Positions 27,301 through 39,300 of a DNA stretch of 64,000 bases are shown here, piece after piece. The translations under genes and the position numbers were made by a program. The notes under the pieces were generated by a model. It saw only the letters and a list, made by a program, of their open reading frames with translations, was not told the origin of the DNA and did not search any database. The stretch is from contig DATJFP010000088.1 of the NCBI GenBank assembly GCA_035495615.1, positions 41,763 through 105,762 on the forward strand. The letters are read 5' to 3'. Position 1 is the stretch's first letter, and the number at the start of each line of letters is the position of its first letter. The stretch is from Verrucomicrobiia bacterium. Its GTDB lineage: Bacteria; Omnitrophota; Omnitrophia; Omnitrophales; Aquincolibacteriaceae.

Positions 27301-30300
27301 GGAATTCCCTCGTCGCGGGCCGTTTCCTCGAACTCCTTGATGCCGGCCTCGATCGCGGTCTTCGCGTCCTCGATGGCCTGCAGGTGCTCGGGATAATCTT
27401 CCTCGTCGAGTTCCATGTCTTCATCTTCGATCAAGGCCTTGTGCTCGGCCAGAAGCTTGTTGTACGGCTTCACCGCTTTTTCCATCAGGATCTGTGTAAC
27501 CTCGCGCACCCGTCCTTTTTTAACTTCCGCTTCCTTTTGCTTGGCCACGCCGATGTTGCGGTGGATCTGCTCACGCGTCGTCCTGATCTCGTCGATGCGC
27601 GCGGTCAGAGGATGGTCCGGCTGCTCGAGGCGCGGCAGCTTCGCGAAGATCGTCTGCGACTCCTCGGCAAGCTCGAAAAGGGCGATCATGTTGTTGACCG
27701 CATCGGCCGCTTCGTTCACCGCGGCCCGCTCATGATCTTCGATGGGCTCCGCGGTTCCTTCCTTGTCGCCGAGCGCCCGCGCCAGGTTGTAATAAGTCTC
27801 GTAATGTTCGTAGAGGGTCGCGCGCTGGTCGGCCGCTTCCGCCGTATCCGCGAAAAGCTGCGGCATAAAACCCTGCTCGCGCAGCGCCTGCAGGTACATG
27901 GCTTCGAGGCCGGGGACCTGGGCTTCCATGGCGCGCAGATCCCGCACTTTGATGAACCACATGGCATAGAGTTCCGAAAAGAGGAAGTTCCCGCCCAGGC
28001 GGTGCGACGAAGTCTCGGCGCGCAATTCAGGGCGGGCAATGCCGCTGACCGCGCCGGGGTCGATGCTTTTGAGCTTTCCGTCGTCGTCCAGGATGAGATT
28101 GCGCCAGACGTCATCGATATCCACGATGCGTTTGTCGTTTCTCAGTTTGACGGTCGCGGCAAGAGCGCGGTGGCGGCGCACGTCCGCCTGGAAGACGGCC
28201 TGGAAAACCGCGGTCTTCTGAGCGGGTTCGATATCCCCGCTCGCGGCGACAGCCTGGAGGATGCGGGCCATGTCCGGGCCCTTGTAATCCTGTTCCACGG
28301 TAAGCTTGCCCGGTTCCTCGGAAACCTGCCGCGTCGGAACGAAGAATTCGCCCAGCACGGCCTGGTTGGCGAGACTGAGGCGCGCCTTCGTGTCGTCGAG
28401 GCTGACGGCCTCGTATTCTTTGGTCACTTTCGTCGGATGGGCTTCGTCGTCGGCGCTCAGCTTGGCGTGGAACCCGGACTTGATGCTGACCGGCAAGGTC
28501 GCTGCCACCTGACGGAGGATGGCCACGACTTCCGCGGGAAGCGGCGCGTTGTTGCCGCGCTCTTCCTTGATGGCATTGTTCAGCGCGCCTTCGATCTTAT
28601 TGAGGACGTTTTCCGCGTGCTCGAGTTTCGGCCGGTCGCCTTTCACGAGATTGGCGTAGGCAATGACGAGTTCGCGCAGGCGCCGGGCCGAGAGGTCGCG
28701 TCCCGTGCCTTCCCAGTTTGCGCGGTTTCCATCAAACCGTTCCCGCTGAGGCACGGACAAACGCGCGAGCATGCGTGCCTGCTGGCGGAGGATGTCGTCG
28801 ATGTCGAGGAAGGCCTGCAGGAATTCGTCCAGATAGGTGCGCAGCGCGGCTTCGTCTTTGGCCGCAATGACGGCCTGAACGTTGGCCAATTTGTTCCGTT
28901 CGCTCCAGACCGCGCCCGCGGCTTCCAGGCGCGACTGCAGGACATCCGGAAAGTTCTTCTTTTCGACTTCGATCTTTTTCTTTCCCGCGAGTTCCTTGAG
29001 CTCGGCCGCCATGTCGCCCAGGATTTTTTTATTTTCCGTCTTGTCCAGGTCCGCGAGGATGCCGTCGACGTCGGCCGGCGTCGCGGCCGAGGTGATGCGG
29101 TCGGTGAATTGGCGTACCAGCGCGGTGCGGGTGTCGTCCTCCTGCCGTTTCTGGTCTTCGAGAGCGCGCTGGCGGGCCTGGGCCTGCTGCACGAGGCGCT
29201 CCTCGACTTCCGCCGGAAGCTTGGCCGCCCGGATTTCTTTGAGCACGGCGGTGATGTTGTCGAGCGTCGCGCCTTCGATTTTCTTTTCCAGGTTTTTGGT
29301 CTTACGGTGGATGTTGATTTCTTCTTCCAGTTCCTGCTGGGCGCCTGTCGAAAGCGCGCTCTTGCGGACTTCGTCCAGGATGCCGTCCAGCACCGCGAGA
29401 TTGGCCACGGTCACGGCCGCGATGCGGCCGCGGAAGGACGCGATCAGCGCGTCCTCGGCCTGCAGTGTTTCGTCAGCGGCCGCGCTCAGCCCGATGCCGG
29501 TTTCTTCGGCCACTACGCCCGGAGGAGGCGTGCTCGGACGGCTCGGCGTCGGCGGAGTGACGCCTGCCGCGCGCGCGAGGTATTCATCGACGACGCTTTC
29601 CAGCGTGGCCTGCTTTCTCCAAACCCGCACAAGACCGTCCTTAATGAATTCTTTCCAGAGATCATGGCCCAGCTTGCGGCGCATGAAGTCCATGAGGACG
29701 GGCCCGTAATGATATTCCGCGGATTCCGGCGCACCCTCTTCGATTTTTCTCTTCAATTTCGTGGCGTGGAGGCTGCGCTTCTGCTCTGACAGCGCGGGGA
29801 AGGTCACGTCCAGCACGACATTGCCGGTCGCCGTTTCCCGCTGAAGGGTTTTGAGTGCCGCATAGACGAAATCGTTGGCCAGCGCTTCCGTGGCATAAAG
29901 CTGGTCCGGAGTGCGCGGGCCGGTCAGCGTGCGGTGCATTTCGTTGAAGATCGCATGGCCGACTTCCTCGATGTGGCGGACAAAGATGTCGGTCAAGCTC
30001 AGGTTCGCGATGTTGAGCGTGATGATGGTCTTCAGCGTCCCCTCTTCGCGGACCATGCGGGCACGGGCCTTCTTGTCTCCGTCATTGCTGGAACGGATGA
30101 CGATCCGGGTGATGGGAACCCGGGTCTTGGGCCCGTAATATTCGCTGCTGAAGCGCGTCAGAAAATCGTTGAGGGTGTAGAGCTTGCCCTTGTAGGGGTA
30201 GACTTTCGCGTACTTCACGATGAAGGCAATGAAATGCGCGCGGTATTTCGCGTTCCACGACGCGTCTTCGGGATTGTGCTTCTGGATCATCTCGACGATC

Positions 30301-33300
30301 TTCGCGCGCACTTCGTCCTGCTCGGCTTCGTCTTCGATGTTTTCCTGCAAGTACCGGTCGATATCGTCCTTGACCTTGTCGGGCGTCATCTTCAACACCT
30401 GGAAAAGATGGTCGGTGAGCGTCCTCACGTTCACTTTACCCCAATTGAGGCGGACGCGCGCCACATTGGCATCCGCGTCATGAATGGCCGTATCGAGATT
30501 GCCTTCGCGCAGCAGGGTCTCGGCCACGGGCTCGCTGAGAATAAGGCCCTTCTTGACCTGTCCCGATTTTCCGTTCGCCGTCAGCCGCAGCAGCTCCACC
30601 TGCATGGGCATCAAAGCGCCGGGCTTTTCCTCCGGGGCCGCCGGCAGCGTGTCTTCGGCTTCGCCCGGTTCCGGCAGGAGTTCTTCTTCGTTTTCCGTGA
30701 CCACGGCAGGCACGGCCACCGGCATTTCGGGGGTCACCGCCGCAACGGGCGCCACTTCGCCCGCTTCGCCGACGATGTCGGCCTGGGCCCGGGCCATGCG
30801 TTCCAGGCTTTCCTGCGTTTCCGTCGGGAGCCCGCTCGCGGCAACGGCGGCAAGAACGCCCGCGGCCGTGTCCGGAGTCATGTTCGTGATCTGCTGTTTG
30901 AGGTCCGCGATCGTGCTCGACATGGCCAGGGACATGCCGCCCTCGGCCTCGGACTTGGTGATGAATTCCCTTCTGGTTTCGTAAGGCCCTTCGAGTTCGC
31001 CCAGGTGCGACACGTAATCGGCGATCTGCCGGTTCACGGCCTCGCGGTCCGCCGCCTCGTACAAGCGCCCGAACTTTCTCTCGATCGCTTTCCGGCGCGC
31101 GTCGATTTGTTCGAGATGCTGCGTCAGGTCGAAATCATCGAGCGAAGCCATGGTCTGGATCTGGTCCAGCAGCGCCTGGCGGTCGAGCGCCTCGTCCAGC
31201 TCCGCGCGGAAGCCGCGGACCGTGCGCAGCACCAGTTTCTTGAAGCTCGCGTCTTTGGCGCGGCGGGCGGCAAGCGCGGCCGCGATCGGATCCTCTTCCG
31301 GCGGCGTCATGCGCAGTTCGGAGCGGCGCTGCTGGCTCTCACGCATTTCCGCCTTGAGGCCGGTAAGCTCTTCCTGCTTGGCCACATAAAGCGCGTCCAG
31401 ATGTTTGAAGCGGTTGTTGTCGGTGGCAAAGGCATTCAACCGTCCCTGGATCTGCTGGTAATGCTCGACGGTAAAGGCCTCGCCGTAATTTTCGCGCATG
31501 GAAGCGGCCGCGGTCCGGATGGACTCGAGATGCTCGGTGAAATCGAAATCGTCGATGTGCTCCATGGACGCGATCCGCGCTTCGAGGACTTCCGTATTCA
31601 AGAGTTCGTTGTCGATGCGTTCCAGGAAATAACCGACGGCGGCAGGGACCAGCGCCGCAATCTGCCGGTCGAGATCCTTGTCGAAGTCCGGCACCTGCAC
31701 CGACATGAGCGCGTCCGGAATCGACGTGTCCGTGCCTTCTTCATTAATATAGCGTTTGGCCGTGACGAGCGCTTCCAGGCGCAGCGGCACCAGGTGGCGC
31801 TGGGCGTCCGCGCCGATCTGCGGGCCGAATTCGTCGATGACAAGATTTTGAGCGGCGACAAATTGTTTGAGGCGGGCCACGGTCACGTCTTCTCCCGCGG
31901 CAAGGGGCTGTCCATAGAACCGGGCCATGATCGCCTTGGCCGGCGTGGGCTTTTTGCCGTGCGTGGCCTGGAACTGCGTCCGCAGCTGCACCAGCCCGTC
32001 CGACAATCTGCCGCGCGCCACGTCCAGGAGGCCGTTGACGCGGTTGGCTTCGATGAGCCGGTTCATGCCCGGCCCTTCGGCGAGAACTTTCCCCGCGGGA
32101 AGAACGGTTCCCACAAGCGTTTTTTGCGACGCCGCTTCTGCGATGGCGCGTTTCACGCGGCCGGCCGCCTCGCGCAAGACGCCGAGTTCCGAGAGGATTT
32201 CCTGCTGAAGGGCGCGGTAAGCTTCGTCGAGAGGTTTATAATTTTCGCGCACCGTAACGAGGCCGCTTTCGTCCTGGGCCGCGTAGGGGTGGTCCGCTGC
32301 GAGTCCTTCGAAGAACTTTTCGAGGACCCGGTCGACTTCCGTGGGATCGTCGGTTTTCGAGGGAAGGTCGTTGAGATTCCGGATCCGGCTCTGAATGCGG
32401 GTCAGCGCGCTATGCAGGTGGCCTTTTTTATCGGGCTGCGATTTGATCCGGGCCAGATTGCCGGCAAGCAGTTCTTCCATCGCCGCTTCCTGGTCCGGAT
32501 GCGTGCGCAGGAAATCCACGATTCCCTTGTTCCCGATAATGTCGGTGAGCCGCGACAGTTCCGCCTCGACGGTGCCGTGCATGTCGCCCTGGACCTGCGC
32601 CAGCATCCCGCTCACTTCAGGCCTGAGGGTTTTCGCGGTTCCGTCCAGCGAGGCCTGCAGCGCGATCTCGTCGAGCCTGGCCGGGGTCATGTCCTGGAGC
32701 GCCTCGTTGTCCATGTGCAGCGCGGTCAATTCCGCCACCACTTTTTTCGAGATCAGAACATGATAAAGGTCGCGGATGTCGGCCGGCATGTCGTCAAAGC
32801 CCTTGCCGCTGGTCGAGGCCCGCATGGCCGCGGCCTTCAGGGCGTCGCCGGTCGTCTCTTCCAGCTTTTTCCCGGTCGCGTCGCCCTGGATGTCTTTCAG
32901 GTACTGGCGGACATTGTCCGCGATGGCATTGCGTTTTTGGGGTGCGAGGACCGTGACCACCTGGGTTTTCAAGTCCGCGGGCACGTTCTTGAGCAGGAGG
33001 AGCATGCGCTCGACCGTGACCACGGCATTTTTCTTCTCGCTGATGTTTTTCATCCAGCTCTGGACTGCGGCGGTCGTGGCCTTGAAAATCGCCGCGGCTT
33101 CATCGGCTTTGAGGGTGAGCTCCTGGCGCAGCGCGTCCGCGCTCTTGATCTTGCCTTCGGCCGTCGGATAATCGCGTCCCGGCTGGGCCTTGGCTTGATC
33201 GAGAAGCGAGAGCACTTCCTGGATTTTGGCCAGCCGGATATCCTCTTCCGTCGGGGCCGCGGCCGATGGAGGCGCCACTTTTCCGGGCGTCTGCAGTCCC

Positions 33301-36300
33301 ACGAAAGAAACGTCATCGTCGTCGGCAAAAGGATTCGCGCGTTCCAGCCTCTTTTCCAACCCGTCTCCGGGGATCGAGGAGGCGTCCCGCGCGGCCTTGG
33401 CCAGCGCGTGCACGGTCTGATCCAAAGGCAGGGTGCGCGTCATCTCAACCAGTTCTTCCATGCCCGGGATCGGCATCACGCGGCCCACGACCGAGATCGT
33501 GGCCAGCGGCTTGCCGGGTTTGTTGGCGAGTGTCGTCGTCCGTATCGTGCTCAAACCGGCAGGCGTGCTCTTGTCGCCGCCGTCGGAATAAACCAGCGCC
33601 CGCGTTCCGGGAGGCACGTCCACCTGGGTGCGGTTGTTGCTGCCCAGCAGAAGAGCATCTCCGGAAAGGAATTCGTCGTGCTTGTGGCGGACGCCCAGAT
33701 AAAGCTCCAGGTTCTCCTGCGTTGTGAAGCGCGGAAGCGTCTCGCCGAAATCTTTGGCCTCCACCTTGCCGTCCGGGAGAATGAAAATGCCGGTGCTGTC
33801 GCCGTAATCGAGACCCAAGCCCGCGTATTTTTTCTTATCCGGATCGGCAATCTGCCGTGTTTCCGGGTATTCCCAGACAAGACGGATCGTGAGGGTGGTC
33901 ATGGCCCGCGAATGAATCTGCCGGGCCCGTTTGGCCTCGGACAAAGCTTCATTGGCCGCATCGACCGCGTCCTCGAGGACTTTCAAGGCGGCCTCGGGCG
34001 TTTGCGCCGCGAGCAGCTTTTCCCGGGTGGCTTCCTTCTCGATGGCGGCGATCACGATAAGCGCGGCCTGCCGCCCGTCCGGCTGCCCTCCGGCACCGTC
34101 CGCCACCGCGATGAGGCCCCGGTCCGGCAGGTTGAGAATGGCGTCTTCGTTGTTCTGGTCCGCCAGCGGTTTATTGATGCGGTACACTGCGGGAGCCGTG
34201 TAAGCCCAGGTCGTAAAACCCGTAGCCTTGCCTTCGATAGCTCTCTTTTTCGCGTCAAAATCATCTCTTACCCAAGGCCTGATCCGCTCCGGAAGCGCTT
34301 CGATCTGGCCTTCGACCGCCGCCAACTCCCCCGCGCTTGAATTCAGCGTCAGCGCGTCGACTGCCGCCCGCACCGGCATGTAACGGCGCCGGTCTTCCTG
34401 GATGCGCTGGGTAATCTGCAGCTTCTTGGCATCGGCCGCGCGGCCGATCTCGTCTTCGAAGCGCTGATAAACGCGCGGCGTGGTTTCTTCTTTGGCGCTC
34501 TCGACGTTTTCGTCGACGATGGCGATGCTGAGGATGTTGATGTCCGCCTTCTGCAAGTCCTGGATAAATTGCCGGAGCCGCTGCTCATCCCTCTTATCCT
34601 TGGCCGCGATCTTTTCTTTCTTGGCCCGTATGGCTTCCTGGACGTCGGCACGCTGCCGCAGCCGCGCATCCGTCAAAATCTTGGCCGCTTCCCCTTCGAC
34701 ATCGGCTTCCGCGACGGTTCTGGGGTCCAGGGCTGTGATCTTGCTAATGGCTTCGAACGCCGCCTCCTCATCCGCGGCAACCCGCGTCCGGATGGCCTCG
34801 TTCTTTTCGGCGAGCCGGGCCTGTTGCAGCCGGGCCGCGGCGTCCTGCGCGCCGTTCAGCCGGTTTTCCAGCGGTGTGACGTCCGAAAACGCATTGAGTG
34901 GGGTCAGCGCATCGACTTTGGGCGTAATGTCCGCTACGATCAGGCCCACGACTTCCCCGATTTCCCGCTTCAAAGCCGCCTGCAGTTCCGTGTCTTCCTT
35001 AATCTGGTCCGCGCGGCTGAGCAGCGCTTCGGCATCCGAAACCTGCGCCGCGGCAACATTCTTGCGGAGGTCTCCCAGGAGCCTGCGTACGTCCGCCGCG
35101 ATGTCGTTGTTCGAGCGCGAACGATCCCCGATCGACTGCCGAGCGGCTTCGAATTCTTCTTTGAGCGATTCTTTGAGATCTTCCCGGTCCGCGACACGCG
35201 CTTCCTGAGCCTGCACGTCCGATTCGTTTTTGACCCGGCGGAGCTGGATCTTGATATCCGCCATCAGGTCGCGGTCGAGGCTCTCGCGCTGCGTGATGGC
35301 CTCTTCCTTGGCTTCCACCTCGCGCAAAAGACGCGCCGCCCGTTCGCCCCGGGCGCCGGTCACGCGCGCCCGCAAGCCCTGCGCGGCGGTAAGGTCGCTG
35401 CGGTCAGTGAGCTGCGCGATCTGCGGTTCGATCGCATCCATGATCTTTTCCGCGGCCGCGTCGATCTCGCCTTTCACCTTGTCTCTCAGTACGGCGCCCG
35501 CGATCTGATCCGCCTGGTCGGCAAGGTCCTGCATGGTGCGGACATAAACGCCGTCGATCGCGGCCGTTTCCGTAATTCTCAGGCGCACCGCGGCGGCGGC
35601 CGTGTCATCGGCCTGGATGCGGCGCTGGATCGCGCCGCTGATGTCATTGGCTTTTTGCGCGAGGCGGTTGGCGCGCTCGGTCTTCGCATTGACGAAACGG
35701 CGGCGCTGCGCCTCGACTTCCTCTTCGGTGCTGAGTTCGCCGAGCCGGTCGAGAGACTCGTCGATGTGAGCGGCGACAAGCACCATTTTGCGTTCGATGA
35801 GCGCCTCGAGAGGGCCGCGCATTTTCGCGTTCTTCAAGCCGGCCAGTTTTTCCGTGACGGCTTCGACGTCCTGCAGCGCGGCCGTTTCCGTGTCAAGGCC
35901 CTGAAGCGCCCCGCGCACGTCCTGGTCGATCGCGCCGTCCTGCCGGATCCGTTCCTGGATCGCGGTTCTTTTCTGCGTGGCAAGATCAAACAGCTCGGGA
36001 ACCGATTCCGCTTCCTGCATCCGCGCTTCCTGCGCGGCAACGTCCTTTTCTTCGTTCAATTCCGTGAGCGCTTCCAGTTTTCCCCGGATGTCGGCCGCTA
36101 CAAGCCCGCGCGACTGCTCGATCGCGGCAACAGTCCTGTCGCGAATGGCCACGGTCACGATTCCCTGCGCCCGGGCTTTCGCGGTCTCAAACGGCTTCAC
36201 CGTTGCCGTGGCCGGCGTTTTGGGAAGGCCGCCGAGGATTTCCCGCGCGGTTTCTTCGTCGCGGCGTCCGCGGTCGCGGATGCGCGTCTTGATGTCGGCG

Positions 36301-39300
36301 GCGAAACCTCCGATGCGCTGACGCTGCCGTTCTTCGGGCAGCCGCGCCACGGCCGCATCGACGTCCGCTTCCGTGCTCTGTTCGTTGGCGGCGAGCGCGT
36401 TCATGGCCGCCTGCGCGTCCCGGATCAGTCTCGAATCTTCTTCTTCACGTTCCCGCAGGAAATCGCGGCGCGCCAAAGCCGCTTGCCGCAATCCTTCAAC
36501 TTCGGGCGATTTGGCGTTCTTCAGCCGGTCTTCCTGGGCGCGGATGTCGTTGACGTCTTCCGCGGCGGCGATTCGTTCCCGGATGTTCTGCACCACGGCA
36601 ACGCGCTTGGCCTCGATCTGCGGCCTCGCTCCTGTTTTCAAATCCTCATAAGGTACGGCTTCTGCCCGCTCGGCATAAGATTCGATGACTCCGAGCGGCA
36701 CGCCGTCTACGCCAAAGCCCGTCACGTCGCCGACCAGCCGTTCCATTGTTCGCTGGTAGTAATCGTAAATCTGGGCTTCCATCTGAGTCCGCTTGGCCTC
36801 GAGCCGCGGGAACACGAAAAGAAGGAGCGCGTGAAGGCTGGGGGTCGATTCGGTTTGAGCCAGGAGGTTCTTTTTCGCGCGCGCGTAGGCGGTTTGTTCC
36901 GCCGCGGCTCCGGCCTCCTGGTATTCTTTCAGCGCGCGGACGAATTCGTAGGAACTCTTCTGGTCCAGGGGCGGCATTTCCGTGGAAGTCAGCATGGCCG
37001 CGGCTTCGGGCACGATCTGGTCCGGCTTGTCGAGCTGTGCCGCCATGGCCGAGATGAGCCGCGATTCGTACTCGGCGAGGGCGGCTTCAGTCGTGCTGAG
37101 GCGGGCGCCGATGCGCGATTGAAGTTCCGAGACAAGAGGCGCGGGACTGTCGGCCGTTCCGGCAAGCGCCGCGGCTTCCTGGCCCAGGCCCTGGAGGCTC
37201 TGGTAATTTTCGTGCGGATCGCCGCGGGTCTGCTCGAGACGCTGGGCAATGTCGCGGAACTTGATCGTGTTATCGACCTGCGGCGTACGAACTTCGCCGG
37301 GCAGCACTTCGAAAAAGGCAATGACCGCCAGGATGGCGTCGAAATTCGCGGCCACATCCCCCATGTGGGGCTGCAGCGCGCCTTGCAGGAGGGTTTGTCC
37401 GCGCGCGGCAATGATGCCCGGAATCTGGGGCCTGTCCGCTTCGGAGGCCGCGCCGCGCTGCGCGTACGTGTCTACCAGGATCTGCGGGCTCATGGCCTGC
37501 GCCGTCGTGGTCTGGATCAGTTGAAACGCCCGGGCCAGCTTCAGGACGTTCAGGGCGTCGTTATTTTCAGGAGAAAATTTCGTGGTGTCCCACGTGATGG
37601 CGGCCAGACGCTCGAAGGAGTCCGCGCGGTTGATTTGCTTGGCCAGCCGGCCGAAGCGGGATTTTTCCGTGCCGCGCCATTTGATCACTCCCCAAATGGC
37701 TCCGGCTCCGGCCGCGAGACCCGCTGCGATTAAAGCGGGCCCGGTAAGATTGGGCGCGTTGACCGTGACGCCTCCTGCTTGTTCCGCCAAATACTGATAA
37801 AGTTCGTAAACGCCGTAAACCGCCACGCCGGCGCCGGTGAGAACTCCCAGGCCGAGCAGAATGCGGTTTCTCCAGACGCGGGCCGTCTCTTCCCGTCTTT
37901 CCAGTTCGGTCTTTCTCGCGCGCGCGCCGTCCTGCTCCGCCGCGGGCAGATCATTGATCACAGCTTCGGTAATATCGGCCGACCGCCGGGCTGCTGCGAC
38001 GGCTGCGCGCGCATCCTCGATCTTCTTGAGAGCGTCGCGCTTTTCCCGGGCCTGGTCCCGCTCGCCGTCGTTTTCGAGATCCGCGAGCACCGCGTCGGTA
38101 ATCTGCGCCGACTGCGTGGCCGTGGCGACCGTACTTCTCGCGGCTGCAAGGCGCGCCGCCTGGATCGCCGTCCTCTTGCCTTCCGCGACTCCGGCGAGCC
38201 TCGCCGCTTCCGTCGTCTGAGCTCCTTCCAGACGCGCCGTCTGCGCGGCCACCTCTTCGATCGTGCTGGCGTCGGTCAATGCCGTCAACTTGCCTTCGAT
38301 GTCCGCCACGATTTGCGTGACTTTGCCGCGGATTTCATCTTCCACCGCCCCGCGAGCGGCCCCGTCTTTGATGCCGGCCGCCAGAGGCAGAAGAGCTTCG
38401 GCGTCGCTTATTTTCGCGGCAGCGGCATCGATCTGTCCGAGCTGTGTCCGGATATCGCGCGCTTTATCCTCGTCACCCCGCAGCCGGTCGCGAATCTGTT
38501 CCACGGCGGCATCCGCCTGGTCTTTCACCTGGATGCGGAGACGTTCCTCCAGACCGTTCACAATGGCGGCGAGCTGATCTTCCGTGGCCGTTTCCAAATC
38601 CAGGGCTCCGATCGCGCGCTTGGCCTCAGCGACCGCGCGGCCGTCCGCTTCGATTCTCGCCTCGATGGCTGCGCGTTTGGCTTCCGCCAATTCCCGCAGC
38701 CGCGCTGCTTCGGGAGTCTTGGCATCTTCGAGGCGTGCGGTCTGCGTCACCACCGATTCGGGAGTGTTGAGTTCGGTGAGGGCATTCAATTTGCTTTCGA
38801 TGTCGGCGACGATCTGCCCGACTTTGCCGTTGATCTGGCTTTCGACACTGCCGCGAAGCGTCGCGTTCTGGATCTGCGCGGCGCGCGTCAGCAGGGCTTC
38901 CGCGTTTTCGATCGTGGCGCTTTCAGGCTGAACCTGCCCGAGATCCGAAAGGATGGCGCCGGCTTTTTCGTTGTCGCTGCGGCCGCGCTCGCGGATCGCG
39001 GCAATCTTGGCATCCGCTTCGTCGCGCACATGATCACGCAGGCGGGCCGGCAGCCCGCTGCGAATGGCTTCAACGGCGTCTTCCGCCGCCGTGTTCACAT
39101 CAATGTCGTCGATCTGGCGCTTGGCTTCGACTATAGCCCGGGCATCGGCCCCGAGCCTGTCGCTGATCGCCTGTTTTTTCTGTCCCGCCAGATCGCGCAG
39201 GCGTCCGGCATCGGCAGCGGCGGCGCCTTCGAGCCGCGCAGCCTGGGCATCCGGGTCAGCCAGCGCATTCAGTTCCGTCATGGCGTTCAACTTGCCTTCG

